A stretch of 38,954 nt of DNA from an archaeon (GTDB lineage: Archaea; Undinarchaeota; Undinarchaeia; Undinarchaeales; JALTGF01): assembly GCA_027077325.1 (NCBI GenBank), contig JALTGF010000019.1:1-38954 (forward strand). Reading direction: 5' to 3'. Shown piece after piece: positions 8,204-17,929 of this stretch. A program made the translations under genes and the position numbers. How positions within the stretch are numbered: the first letter of the stretch is position 1; each line of letters opens with the position of its first letter. The notes beneath the pieces are model-generated. The model was not told where the DNA came from. It made no database searches and saw only the letters and a program-made list of their open reading frames with translations.

Positions 8204-9880
8204 ATGAAATATTCAGAAATAGTAAAACTTTACTCGGCCTTAGAAGCCACAACAAAGAAACTTGAAAAACGAGATATTCTAAGCAACTTTTTAAAAGAGG
8301 TTCCAGTGGATTTATTGCCAACTGTTGTCATTCTTTCAATGGGTCGAGTTTTTCCTGCATGGAAAGAAACAGAACTTGGGATTGCTGAGAATATTATGAT
8401 TAAGACAATTTCAAAAATTACTGGGATCTCTGAAACCAAGGTAAAAGAACAAGTTAGAAAAGCTGGGGATATGGGGATTGCAGTTAAAAATTTATTGGGG
8501 AAAAAATCACAAACCACATTGTTTAAAAAAGAATTAACCGTTGAGAAGGTATTTAAAAATTTAAATAAGATTCCAACCGTTGCTGGTTCTGGTTCTATCG
8601 ACAAAAAGATTGCACTTCTTTCAGAACTCTTAACTTCTGCAACTCCGGAGGAAGGAAAATACATAACGAGAACTGTTTTAGAGGAACTTAGAATTGGTGT
8701 TGGAGAAGGCATTGTTAGAGATGCAATTGCAAAAGCATTTAACGTGCCGCCAGATGTTGTAGAAACTGCGTACAGCGTTAGGAACGACTTTGGGGAAATT
8801 GCTCAAATTGCAAAAGAGAAAGGAGTTGAAGGGCTTAAAAAACTTGACCTAAAACTTGGAAGACCAATAAAGCCAATGCTTGCCCAGAAAGTCCAAACAA
8901 TAGAGGAAGGTCTTAAAGATATGGGAGGAATTGCTGCCTTTGAATATAAATACGATGGCATGCGCGCGCAAATTCATTTTGACCATGGCAAGGTTACGGT
9001 TTTCACTCGCCGGCTGGACAATGTGACAAAACAATTCCCAGAGATTGTAGAGTATGCAAAAGAGTGCATAGATGCAGAAAACTGTATAATTGAAGGAGAA
9101 GCAGTTGGCATTGACCCAAAAACAGGAAGGCCACAGCCATTCCAGCGACTTTCCCAAAGGATAAAGAGAAAGTATGGGATTAAGGAGATGATGAAAGAGA
9201 TACCTGTAGAGGTGAATCTTTTTGATATTATGTACTTGAACAATGAAAACTATGTTAAGAAACCATTTGAGGAAAGAAGAAAAACACTTGAAAGGATAAT
9301 TAAGGTGATTCCCAGAAAATTCCAGTTGGCTGTGCAGATAGTCAGTTCTGACCCAAAAGAAGTTTCTAAGTTTTACAAGAAATCGCTTTCCCTTGGACAC
9401 GAGGGCATAATGATAAAAAATTTAAAGAGCCCATACACGCCCGGCTCAAGAGTTAAACACATGTACAAGTTAAAGCCAGAAAAAGAAACTCTGGACTTAG
9501 TTATAATTGGGGCCATCTGGGGGGAAGGTCGCCGCTCCAAATGGCTTGGAAGCTTTATACTTGGCGCTCGCGATTCAGATACAAACCAGTTTGTTGAGGT
9601 TGGAAAGGTTGCAACTGGTCTCACAGACAAGAATCTAGAGGATTTGACAAACACATTAAAGCCACTGATAGTTGAAGAGCATATAAAAGAAGTAAAGTTA
9701 AAACCAGAACTCGTAGTCGAAGTTGGCTATGAAGAGATTCAAAAAAGCCCAACATACGAGAGTGGATTTGCGCTTAGATTTCCAAGAGTTCGGAGGATTA
9801 GAGACGATAAAGGACCTGAAGATGCAGATGATCTTGAGCGCATATCTATTTTATATGAAGCACAGAAAGGGAAGAAATAG
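8204..9880 (+). CDS. lig: ATP-dependent DNA ligase
   Basis: 558 aa. Adenylation motif I FEYKYDGMRAQIH. Also EGEAV, GHEGIMIK, LKPE...LDLVIIGA, and the OB-fold tail LRFPRVRRIRDDK. Confidence 0.95.
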   Translation: MKYSEIVKLYSALEATTKKLEKRDILSNFLKEVPVDLLPTVVILSMGRVFPAWKETELGIAENIMIKTISKITGISETKVKEQVRKAGDMGIAVKNLLGKKSQTTLFKKELTVEKVFKNLNKIPTVAGSGSIDKKIALLSELLTSATPEEGKYITRTVLEELRIGVGEGIVRDAIAKAFNVPPDVVETAYSVRNDFGEIAQIAKEKGVEGLKKLDLKLGRPIKPMLAQKVQTIEEGLKDMGGIAAFEYKYDGMRAQIHFDHGKVTVFTRRLDNVTKQFPEIVEYAKECIDAENCIIEGEAVGIDPKTGRPQPFQRLSQRIKRKYGIKEMMKEIPVEVNLFDIMYLNNENYVKKPFEERRKTLERIIKVIPRKFQLAVQIVSSDPKEVSKFYKKSLSLGHEGIMIKNLKSPYTPGSRVKHMYKLKPEKETLDLVIIGAIWGEGRRSKWLGSFILGARDSDTNQFVEVGKVATGLTDKNLEDLTNTLKPLIVEEHIKEVKLKPELVVEVGYEEIQKSPTYESGFALRFPRVRRIRDDKGPEDADDLERISILYEAQKGKK

Positions 9881-9970
9881 AGGATTAGATGTTATTACTG
9901 AAAAGGGATAACAAATATATACTACTTAATACAAGAAAATAGTAGAATTACGAGGATTTAGTAGGTAAGT

Positions 9971-10753
9971 ATGGGTAAGAAGGATATACTGAGCAATGAA
10001 GTTTTAGATTTGCTGGGGAGACTTGACTTAAATCAGTATGAGTCAAAGGTATATATGTCTTTACTTATTTCAGGGACTGCAACTGCAGGAGAGATTTCAG
10101 AGATTGCAAACGTTCCAAGATCGAGAGTTTATGATGTTTTAAATAGCTTAGAGAAGAAAGGTTTTGCAGTTGTTCAAGTGGGAAGGCCAGTCAAATATGT
10201 GGCAGTGCCGATTGAGAACTCTATAAAGCAACTCAAGATAAGATATGAGGATGAGTTTAACAAAAAACTTCAAAGCGTTGACAGTCTTGAGAAAAATCTT
10301 AGGTCAGTTTTTAATACATTTTCGAAAAACCAAGATTTCATAGAAAATGAAGCAATTCGTGTTATAAAAGGAAAGAGCAATTTATATGCACACATGAATA
10401 AATTAATTGAGAATTCAAACAACAAAATTTTAAAGATGACAAATTCATATGGTCTTTTAAACCTTGACAAACACTGCGGCAAGACTATTGAAAAGGCAAA
10501 GAAGCGCGGTGTTGAAACCAGAATTATAGCAAACATTAGCGAAAAACCAAAATTGAGAGTTCTTCACAAAGTTGCAAGTTTGAAAAAAGGGAATTTTGGA
10601 AATGGACGATTTATGATTTCAGACGGAAAGCATGCGATTATGTTAACAAGCCCGGATGATTCTGGGATATGGATCCACAGCCCATACCTTGCATCTTCAC
10701 TAGAGACATTATTTGAAACTGCATGGAATAAAAGCAAGCCAATTGAATTTTAA
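9971..10753 (+). CDS. TrmB-family transcriptional regulator
   Basis: 260 aa. N-terminal wHTH LNQYESKVYMSLLISGTATAGEISEIANVPRSRVYDVLNSLEKKGF, plus a C-terminal effector-type domain of about 150 aa. Confidence 0.8.
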   Translation: MGKKDILSNEVLDLLGRLDLNQYESKVYMSLLISGTATAGEISEIANVPRSRVYDVLNSLEKKGFAVVQVGRPVKYVAVPIENSIKQLKIRYEDEFNKKLQSVDSLEKNLRSVFNTFSKNQDFIENEAIRVIKGKSNLYAHMNKLIENSNNKILKMTNSYGLLNLDKHCGKTIEKAKKRGVETRIIANISEKPKLRVLHKVASLKKGNFGNGRFMISDGKHAIMLTSPDDSGIWIHSPYLASSLETLFETAWNKSKPIEF

Positions 10754-10758
10754 TTTTT

Positions 10759-11673
10759 TTAAGAATTTAGAGGTGGCAAGCTGGTAGAACCCTTTAATTC
10801 TTGCCCAAGACCAATCCCAAGAGAATAAAAAGCGCCGTCCATAGTTTTTCCGAGAATATTGCTGAGGAGATTTCCTTTCTCTTCAGTGAGAGTTACGGTT
10901 TTTCTTTTCTTTAACCCAGAAAGATTTTGAGCAAGGGCAATTGCATCATCTTCTGTTCCGAGTTGATCAACCAAACCATAATTGAGGGCATCTTTTCCCA
11001 GACAAGGTCGACCATCTGCAATTTTTTCAACGGCTTCCTTTGAGAGCCCACGATTTTGTGCAACCTCTGTAACAAATTGGTCTTGAACTTGATTAATCAT
11101 ATTTTGCAGGATTTGTTGCTCATTTTTAGTAAGCGGCCTGTAAGGGCTTCCAATATCTTTATAAGGCCCAGATTTAATTGCAGTGTAATTTAGTCCGACT
11201 TTGTTTAAGAAAACGCTCCAATCGCCAACGAGGGTGTACGCACCAATATTGCAGGTTAGTGAAAGAGGGTGGGCAACAACCTTATCAGCACTCGACGCGA
11301 TCCAATAAGCTCCAGAAGTGCCCATATCACCAATCCAAGCAACAGTAGTTTTATTAATTGACTTTACTTTTGCGGCAATTTCATCACTTGCAACCGCAGA
11401 ACCGCCAGGAGAATTTATTTCCAAGACAATTGCCTTAATAGAAGGGTCATTTTCTGCCTTGTCAAGGAGCCCAATTATGGAACTCGGCTGGACCTGGGAT
11501 GTTGGGATGATAGTATCTTGGGAACTTATTGTCCCAGAAATCCGGATAATTGCTATTTTATTAGAGATAATTTGTTGTGGATAAGACAAACTAACACCTA
11601 CAACAATAATAACAAATACAAGCAATGCAGCAAGTATTACATACAATGTTTTTTTAGGTTTTGACTTTGCCAT
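10759..11673 (-). CDS. sppA: signal peptide peptidase SppA (S49 family, short form)
   Basis: IKAIVLEINSPGGS and GDMGTSGAYWIASSADKVVAHP motifs, with an N-terminal TM anchor. ATG at 11673 (MAKSKPKK) is preferred over the TTG at 11694 used by the ORF track. Confidence 0.85.
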   Translation of the reverse strand: MAKSKPKKTLYVILAALLVFVIIVVGVSLSYPQQIISNKIAIIRISGTISSQDTIIPTSQVQPSSIIGLLDKAENDPSIKAIVLEINSPGGSAVASDEIAAKVKSINKTTVAWIGDMGTSGAYWIASSADKVVAHPLSLTCNIGAYTLVGDWSVFLNKVGLNYTAIKSGPYKDIGSPYRPLTKNEQQILQNMINQVQDQFVTEVAQNRGLSKEAVEKIADGRPCLGKDALNYGLVDQLGTEDDAIALAQNLSGLKKRKTVTLTEEKGNLLSNILGKTMDGAFYSLGIGLGQELKGSTSLPPLNS

Positions 11674-11712
11674 TCTCTTGAAAAGTAAATGCAAGATTGT
11701 TTAAATAACTTT

Positions 11713-11727
11713 TTATGGATTCCATAA
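11713..11727. promoter_or_regulatory. 15-bp palindrome abutting the elp3 TATA box
   Basis: TTATGGA-T-TCCATAA is immediately followed by TTTTATATAAAA (11728-11739), which lies 24-35 nt upstream of the elp3 ATG. Located in the sppA/elp3 divergent intergenic region. Confidence 0.3.
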
Positions 11728-11762
11728 TTTTATATAAAATGAGCTTTACAGAAACATAAGTC

Positions 11763-13331
11763 ATGAGTAAAGATTACTTGAGGGAGATAATTGAAACCTG
11801 CTTAAAAAAAGAAGTGTCCCAAGAAGAACTTGAAAAACTTAAAATCAGGATTAGCAGAGAGTATAGTTTGAATAGAGTCCCAAGAAACTCTGAAATTTTA
11901 GAGGCGGCTTCAAAAGAAGAGAAGAAAATTTTAAAGCACATTTTATTAAAAAAGCCAACCCGTTCAATTTCAGGAGTGTCTGTTGTAGCAGTTATGCCAC
12001 CTCCAGCTCCATGTCCTCACGGGAAATGCTCCTACTGCCCGCAGGGTCCAAATGCCCCAAGAAGTTACACTGGAAAAGAGCCAGCAACAATGAGAGCAAT
12101 TAGAAACAATTATGATCCCTACTTGCAAGTAAAAAACCGACTTGCTCAATTAAAGGCAATTGGGCACCCAATTGAAAAAGTTGAGTTGATAGTTATGGGC
12201 GGGACATTCACAGCCCAACCAGCAGAAAAACAGGAGGCATTTGTCAAGGGATGCTTTGAGGCAATGGCAGGCAGAAGATTTGAAACTTTTGAAGAGGCGA
12301 AAAAAGCAGTTGAAAAAACAGAGATAAGGCCAGTCGGAATTACTTTTGAAACGCGACCGGACTGGGCAAAAGAGGAGCAAATAAATGAGATGCTCAAACT
12401 TGGAGTCACAAGAGTTGAAGTTGGCGTTCAAAATCCAGATGATAGTATTTACAAAGCAGTTGATCGAGGGCACACTGTAAAGGATGTTATAGAGTCAACA
12501 CAACTTTTGAAAGATTCCGGACTTAAAATAAACTACCACATGATGTTAGGCCTGCCAGGAAGTGATGACCAAAAAGACATAAAGGCATTTAAGAAAATTT
12601 TTGAAGACCCAAACTTTAGGCCAGATATGATTAAGATTTATCCAACACTTGTAATTAGAGGAACGAAACTTTATGAGCAGTGGAAACGCAGAGAGTATAA
12701 GCCAATTACATCAGAACACGCTGCTGATTTAATTGTTGAAATTAAGAAGTTTGTTCCGAGATGGGTAAGGATTATGAGAATCCAGAGAGACATACCTGCA
12801 AACCTAATTGATTCAGGAGTTAAGAGAAGCGACTTAAGAGAACTTGTCAGAGAGAAATTAGTGGAAAAAGGAGTTGAGTGCAAATGCATAAGATGTAGGG
12901 AAGTAGGACATGTGTTTAGAAAAAGGGGATTATTACCCAAAGACATAGAAATTAAAACAATAGAGTATGAGGCTTCAGGCGGGAAAGAATACTTCATAAG
13001 TGCAGAGGACTTTGAGCAAGACATTTTAATTGGGTATCTAAGGCTAAGAATACCATCAAAAAAAGTTTTCAGGCCAGAAATAGATGATTCAACTGCAATT
13101 ATAAGAGAGTTACACGTATATGGCCCAGAGGTTGCAATTGGAAAATCCGCAAGTTCATTAGAATTTCAGCACAGGGGGTATGGGAAGCAGTTACTAAAGA
13201 AAGCAGAAGAAATTGCTCTTAAAAATAAAAAGGATAAAATCCTGGTATTGAGTGGGATTGGAGCAAAAGAGTACTACAGAAGTTCAGGGTATACTAATGC
13301 TGGGGCCTATGTTGGTAAAATGCTAAAATAA
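11763..13331 (+). CDS. elp3: Elp3-family radical-SAM/GNAT protein (tRNA U34 cm5 modification enzyme homologue)
   Basis: 522 aa. VAVMPPPAPCPHGKCSYCP with a C-x4-C-x2-C cluster. C-terminal acetyltransferase fold (FQHRGYGKQLLKKAEEIA). Confidence 0.9.
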   Translation: MSKDYLREIIETCLKKEVSQEELEKLKIRISREYSLNRVPRNSEILEAASKEEKKILKHILLKKPTRSISGVSVVAVMPPPAPCPHGKCSYCPQGPNAPRSYTGKEPATMRAIRNNYDPYLQVKNRLAQLKAIGHPIEKVELIVMGGTFTAQPAEKQEAFVKGCFEAMAGRRFETFEEAKKAVEKTEIRPVGITFETRPDWAKEEQINEMLKLGVTRVEVGVQNPDDSIYKAVDRGHTVKDVIESTQLLKDSGLKINYHMMLGLPGSDDQKDIKAFKKIFEDPNFRPDMIKIYPTLVIRGTKLYEQWKRREYKPITSEHAADLIVEIKKFVPRWVRIMRIQRDIPANLIDSGVKRSDLRELVREKLVEKGVECKCIRCREVGHVFRKRGLLPKDIEIKTIEYEASGGKEYFISAEDFEQDILIGYLRLRIPSKKVFRPEIDDSTAIIRELHVYGPEVAIGKSASSLEFQHRGYGKQLLKKAEEIALKNKKDKILVLSGIGAKEYYRSSGYTNAGAYVGKMLK

Positions 13332-13390
13332 AAACAGAAAGCTTCGGCTAAATAATAAAGCATAAATAAGAGTTAACTCAATTAATTTGT

Positions 13391-13786
13391 GTGATAATTT
13401 TGAAAAGAAAAACTAAGCGGATTCAAAAAGTTTTTAAGGAACTGAAAAAGAATGAAGAGGAACTTGGCGAGTTTTGCATAAACAAAGTAGCAGATGCATT
13501 AAAAGAAAATGGATACAATGATGCAAAACTCTGGGCAACAAACATATTGGCAGCTATGGCGGGGGATTTTGACACAATTGAAGAGTCATCAGATTTGGAG
13601 GATTGGCTCATTGAGTTAGAAGGTCCAGAGAGAAGTGCAGTTGAGGCAATGTATGAGGTTCTTTCTGACTTGGAGGATTCTGTGAGAGATGCCCACCCAG
13701 AAGATGTGAAAGATGCACTTATATACTCAATTTTAAAAACAATTGACAACATTGAAAAAAACAAGTACAAGCGACTTTACGGTTAA
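13391..13786 (+). CDS. acidic hypothetical protein
   Basis: 131-aa ORF whose only early start is GTG, with no SD sequence. Helical, D/E-rich. No family recognised. The antisense ORF 13423..13770 is S/F-rich shadow. Confidence 0.45.
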   Translation: MIILKRKTKRIQKVFKELKKNEEELGEFCINKVADALKENGYNDAKLWATNILAAMAGDFDTIEESSDLEDWLIELEGPERSAVEAMYEVLSDLEDSVRDAHPEDVKDALIYSILKTIDNIEKNKYKRLYG

Positions 13787-13850
13787 ATAACATTGAAGAT
13801 AACTTGTTTTACAGTTAATATTATATATTAATTAGTTTAATGCCCCTAAA

Positions 13851-14372
13851 ATGAGAGGCAAAACCCATAGCGCTTTTGGAATTGCACTTGCATTGATTTT
13901 GATTAGGTTAAATGCCCTTCCCCCAATTGGCATAAACCCTGGACATGGATTTCTTACATTTGTATTTATTGGAACATTATTGCCTGACCTAGACCATAAT
14001 GATTCAACAATTGGAAAACGATTTCCAATTATCTCATGGCTAACTGAGAAAATTCTCGGACATCGTGGGCTTTACCATAGCTTTTTTGGGTTGTTCTTTA
14101 CAACCCTTTTATTTTATTTATTTTTTAAAACATTAAGCATTGGCAGCTGGAGGATGCTTACATTTGCAGTAGGCCTAGGATTTGTAAGCCATCTGATGAC
14201 AGATTCAATGACAATACATGGGGTAAAATGGCTCCCACCATTTAAAGAATTTCACATAAAAGGACCGATAAGAACAGGAAGCACAATTGAGAGCATTATT
14301 TTTATATCGCTAATCTTGATAATTGGCGCATTACTTAGTGATTTTGGGTTTTCAATTTTAGGAGTAATCTAA
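13851..14372 (+). CDS. membrane-bound metal-dependent hydrolase (YdjM/DUF457-like)
   Basis: 173 aa. His/Asp motifs interleaved with TM helices, as in DUF457: KTHSAFG, LLPDLDHNDS, HRGLYHS, SHLMTDS. Confidence 0.65.
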   Translation: MRGKTHSAFGIALALILIRLNALPPIGINPGHGFLTFVFIGTLLPDLDHNDSTIGKRFPIISWLTEKILGHRGLYHSFFGLFFTTLLFYLFFKTLSIGSWRMLTFAVGLGFVSHLMTDSMTIHGVKWLPPFKEFHIKGPIRTGSTIESIIFISLILIIGALLSDFGFSILGVI

Positions 14373-15035
14373 CTAAAAATTTAGATTTTTAATTAAATTT
14401 TCTCGGGCTATTTTAAGTGGCTCAGGCACAAATGATTTCATGCATTGCCTTGTGATTTTAACTGAAGTTTCAAGAGTTATTTTATGACCAGGGCTTACAT
14501 AGAGCGGCATTGAGCCAGCTGATTTTTTTACAACCTGCGCAACTAAAGAATCGCCCTCAAAAACCAGTTCCTTGCCACCAATATTTTTTATCTTTCCTGC
14601 AAGCATATCTTTAGAAACTGCAATTGTACTAATGTCTAGGGCAAGACCAACATGGGAGGCAATACCAAATTTCCTAGGGTGGTTTATGCCGTGCCCATCT
14701 ATCATTAAAATGTCCGGCAAGTCAAAATCTTTAAGAATGTCACAGACCACTTTTCCTTCCCTAAAACCCTCAAAACTAGGGACTGCAGGAAAACTTGTTT
14801 TCTCAGAGATTATTTTTGAATCTTTCAACTTAAAAGTTTTAAGCCCAGGATCAACCTCAAAAAGATACACGCTTGCGTTTATTAGGTCATTGCGCGAGTA
14901 AAAAACAGCCCCGGCTATTGTTTTTATTTCGGCAGGGAACAAATCCTTTAAGACAATTTGCTCCGCAAATTTTTTTTGCAGTTCAGCTGCTTCAGTTATT
15001 GTAATCCCCGAAGGGAAGTAATTTTGGTCTTCCAT
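14373..15035 (-). CDS. nfi: endonuclease V
   Basis: 220 aa. IAGAVFY, MIDGHGINHPRKFGIASHVGLALDISTIAVSK, YVSPGHKI. Its stop abuts the stop of the convergent 13851..14372 gene with zero intergenic nt. Confidence 0.85.
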   Translation of the reverse strand: MEDQNYFPSGITITEAAELQKKFAEQIVLKDLFPAEIKTIAGAVFYSRNDLINASVYLFEVDPGLKTFKLKDSKIISEKTSFPAVPSFEGFREGKVVCDILKDFDLPDILMIDGHGINHPRKFGIASHVGLALDISTIAVSKDMLAGKIKNIGGKELVFEGDSLVAQVVKKSAGSMPLYVSPGHKITLETSVKITRQCMKSFVPEPLKIARENLIKNLNF

Positions 15036-15040
15036 TATAT

Positions 15041-15652
15041 TTAGATAGGTGGCTTGGTATGCTTGCTTACCTCTGCCCTTATGTCAAGAAGCTCAACCCG
15101 CGTGTTTTGGCATATGTCCCGTATGTCTTCAATAAGCGTTTCAAGCGCCTTTACAACCTGATTAGCCGCACGAGCCTTTATCATTGCTTTTTGACTTGAC
15201 TGATGTGAAAGGATGGTTAGGATCCAATTTTTGATAGAGGTCTTCTTTTTTTCTATATTAGAATATGCAGTTATAACCGTATCGATTTGACTCAAACTTG
15301 AATCAATGAATATTTTAAGTTTTTTGTAACAGTCCTGCTGGTTATTGTGAAATTCTCCAAGAAAATCAACAAGTGCAGAATCCCCTTTGTAACTATTCCT
15401 GATTATTTGAAATTTCTTTGCAAGTTTTCTTAATTCTGAGTTTAAATTTTCAATATCTGGCTTTAATTTTGAAACAGACCCCAACTCGGACTGCCCCACC
15501 AACGAAATCATTTTGTCAATCCTTGATTTTGAACCTGATGAAAGGTAAAGGATTTCAGACGCGCGCATTTTATCTAAGAAAGAAGATGCAGAATTGACAA
15601 GTCTTAAAATGTTATCTAGGTACTGTCTTTCAGACCCAAGGGCAAAGTCCAT
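15041..15652 (-). CDS. helical/coiled-coil hypothetical protein
   Basis: 203 aa, ATG start, ends 5 nt before the nfi start, so probably co-transcribed. No family recognised. Confidence 0.5.
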   Translation of the reverse strand: MDFALGSERQYLDNILRLVNSASSFLDKMRASEILYLSSGSKSRIDKMISLVGQSELGSVSKLKPDIENLNSELRKLAKKFQIIRNSYKGDSALVDFLGEFHNNQQDCYKKLKIFIDSSLSQIDTVITAYSNIEKKKTSIKNWILTILSHQSSQKAMIKARAANQVVKALETLIEDIRDICQNTRVELLDIRAEVSKHTKPPI

Positions 15653-15734
15653 ATTTTTACATATAGTTTTTAAGAATAAATACTTTATTTAGGCGATAGA
15701 AAGAGATTTAAGTTAAGAAATTAATAAGAAAGAT

Positions 15735-16370
15735 ATGGAAGAAGAGTTCGAAGAGATTGGATCTCCTGGAAGAGAAGACAAAGAGGTTATTGAAGAATTA
15801 GAAAAATATGTTGAAGAGGAGATTGAAGACATCGAAGCAATAGAAGATAGGGTTGCTCACGAAATTGCGATTCATCACAGAGACCTGCATACTTCAATCA
15901 AGACTGGCATAAAAAAACTCGAGAATGGACTTGAAAAGATAAAAGTTTTAGAGAGAAGCGATATTCCACAAGAAGAAGCAGTAAAGGTTTATAGCGAGAT
16001 TTTTGAGGATATTAGAAAGGTTGATGAAGAATTTACCATCACTATACTTACAACAATTGCAATTCTAAGATATGTTGCACAGTATTATCTCATTAGGAAG
16101 AAACTCAGTGAGTACTTTGAAAAAGTTGGAGAAAGTTTAGGGGAAGAAACTGCAAGAATTCGAGAAGTCGATGCAAGAATTAAGCAACAAGTAGATAGCA
16201 TAGTCATTCCATTAGCAAAAGCAACTCACAGTCACATACCTCCGGGCGCACTTATAAAAGCAGCACAGGCATTAGAGAGTATCCTTAAAGAAGAAGGCGT
16301 AAATTCATGGGTAACCAGGCGCCGTGCTGGGCTAAAGAAAACTGCCGCTAAGGAAGAGAGAATTGCCTAG
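15735..16370 (+). CDS. hypothetical protein with highly acidic N-terminus and one hydrophobic segment
   Basis: 211 aa. MEEEFEEIGSPGREDKEVIEELEKYVEEEIEDIEAIED..., a central FTITILTTIAILRYVAQYYLI segment, and a basic tail. Divergent from 15041..15652. Confidence 0.5.
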   Translation: MEEEFEEIGSPGREDKEVIEELEKYVEEEIEDIEAIEDRVAHEIAIHHRDLHTSIKTGIKKLENGLEKIKVLERSDIPQEEAVKVYSEIFEDIRKVDEEFTITILTTIAILRYVAQYYLIRKKLSEYFEKVGESLGEETARIREVDARIKQQVDSIVIPLAKATHSHIPPGALIKAAQALESILKEEGVNSWVTRRRAGLKKTAAKEERIA

Positions 16371-16401
16371 ATTTTTACAAAATAGGGGATGTCCTCAATT
16401 T

Positions 16402-17631
16402 TTATTGCGACTTTGCCTTTTTTGCTCCCTCAATTAATTCTTTGTAGAAGTCAACCTTAACTAAGTCGTCAAAGTCATCTGAAAGCCTTCCTCCACGGAG
16501 CCTAGTCATAACTTTTGCCTCTCCAAAGACAGTCATTATAAGTTCGGTTATCCCTAGTTTCATAATTAATGCAGCAAAGTAAAGCCTTAGCAAAGTTGTA
16601 AACAATGGGCTTTCAAGAATTAAATCGTCAATGTCTTTATCATCCTCTACGGCCTGGGCAATTATCTGCATTAAAGCGCTTTGAATTCCAACTAGATTGA
16701 ACGTGTTTTCTATCCCAAGCATACTTGAAAGTTCTATAAAGTCCTTGTTTTCTAAAACATCAGGATTTCCTTTCTTGGATAGGTATTTAGTGACAACATC
16801 GATCACTCCTTTTCCTTCTTCAACCCATACGTGACCATAAGTTCCTGCCGCATCAAGTATCTGTTGCTTCTTTCTGGTCATTTCAACATATGAGAAAGCT
16901 GCAGCGGCTGCTCTCTCCAAGAATGCCAGTAATTTTTGAGCAGAGCCCTTTGTGCCTGCGACATTTTTTTGAGTTTCTTTAAATCTTGCTTCAATTGCTT
17001 CTCTAAGTTTTTTAACTCCTGCTTCAACCTCAATTTTTCGCCCGGTTATGTTTTTGTAAATTCTGGCAAATTTTTCCCATTCGACCATATCTTCGTATTC
17101 ATCTTGAAGCCGTGAAATGTGATAACCAGTTGCAAAACCACGCTCTCCGAGAGTTGCTAGCAGTTGCTCTACAACTGCAAGTTCACCAATATACTCACTA
17201 AAGTAAAGCCTTACTAGTGTTATGAATACAGGATCTGCAAAGAGTTCTTTTCCCTCCCTTATATTTTCAGAAACATAAAGCACAATTGCATTTTCAAGAT
17301 TAACCAAATTGAAAATACCTTTTTTATCGCGTCCAAATTCACCAACTAATTCTGCTATTCTTGAGTCAGGCAAGATACCGCCTGAAACTGACTTAATTTT
17401 TTCTAAGAGTTTTTCTGCATCCTCTAGATATACCTTATTGCTGCCAAACAAAACCTTTCTTTTAATTGGCTCTTCTGGAACAACATAAGGTGAATCTACC
17501 TTAAAACTAGGAACTGACAGAGAAAGCATTGCTTTAGGACTAAGTTTTCCCTTAGCAACTGCGGGTATCCTTTCTAGGATAATATCCTCAATTTTGTTTG
17601 AAGTAAGCTTTAATGTTGGTAATTCTGGCAT
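16402..17631 (-). CDS. internally duplicated helical protein, unknown function
   Basis: 409 aa. Strong SD sequence (GGAGGGATTAAA-ATG). Two homologous halves: FNLV(107)...P.F.TL.RLYF(141)...LGE...RL.D..D.V and FNLV(311)...P.F.TL.RLYF(349)...FGE...RL.D..D.V. Confidence 0.65.
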   Translation of the reverse strand: MPELPTLKLTSNKIEDIILERIPAVAKGKLSPKAMLSLSVPSFKVDSPYVVPEEPIKRKVLFGSNKVYLEDAEKLLEKIKSVSGGILPDSRIAELVGEFGRDKKGIFNLVNLENAIVLYVSENIREGKELFADPVFITLVRLYFSEYIGELAVVEQLLATLGERGFATGYHISRLQDEYEDMVEWEKFARIYKNITGRKIEVEAGVKKLREAIEARFKETQKNVAGTKGSAQKLLAFLERAAAAAFSYVEMTRKKQQILDAAGTYGHVWVEEGKGVIDVVTKYLSKKGNPDVLENKDFIELSSMLGIENTFNLVGIQSALMQIIAQAVEDDKDIDDLILESPLFTTLLRLYFAALIMKLGITELIMTVFGEAKVMTRLRGGRLSDDFDDLVKVDFYKELIEGAKKAKSQ

Positions 17632-17677
17632 TTTAATCCCTCCGATATTATTTTAGTGAATTAATAAGTATTTAACC

Positions 17678-17929
17678 TTATCCCCAGCTAAACACTTTCT
17701 TCCAAATATAAACTGCAATTGCCGGCAGCACTATGAACACAATAGCAGGCCATCCACATTGCGTTACCATGCATGTAAAACTATTTACAAATTGCATTGC
17801 AAGGCTCGGCTTTTGCTGAGTTTGCGCCTCTTGTGGCCTTGCTGCAGATGCATAAGTTGAGATAATTAGGAATAGGAAAACTATGGTTAATGCCAAGACT
17901 TTTTTTGAGTCGTATCTTGTTGTTCTCAT
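17678..17929 (-). CDS. small secreted/membrane-anchored protein
   Basis: 83 aa. N-terminal signal-like helix ending ASA, a Q-rich linker, a CMVTQC pair, and a C-terminal TM plus KK. Its ATG overlaps the upstream stop (ATGA). Confidence 0.45.
   Translation of the reverse strand: MRTTRYDSKKVLALTIVFLFLIISTYASAARPQEAQTQQKPSLAMQFVNSFTCMVTQCGWPAIVFIVLPAIAVYIWKKVFSWG

Noticed and set aside
8230-9654. Antisense ORFs inside the DNA ligase gene (8230..8712, 8849..9400, 8974..9243, 9373..9654)
   Set aside because: The ligase motifs are continuous on the plus strand. These are shadow frames.
11674-11694. N-terminal extensions from non-ATG starts used in the ORF track (sppA at 11694, MFS at 21075, 19568, 18315, permease at 25812)
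   Set aside because: In each case an in-frame ATG a few codons downstream fits the promoter/TATA spacing better, or avoids overlap with the neighbouring gene. Coordinates were adjusted accordingly, but the starts remain unverified.
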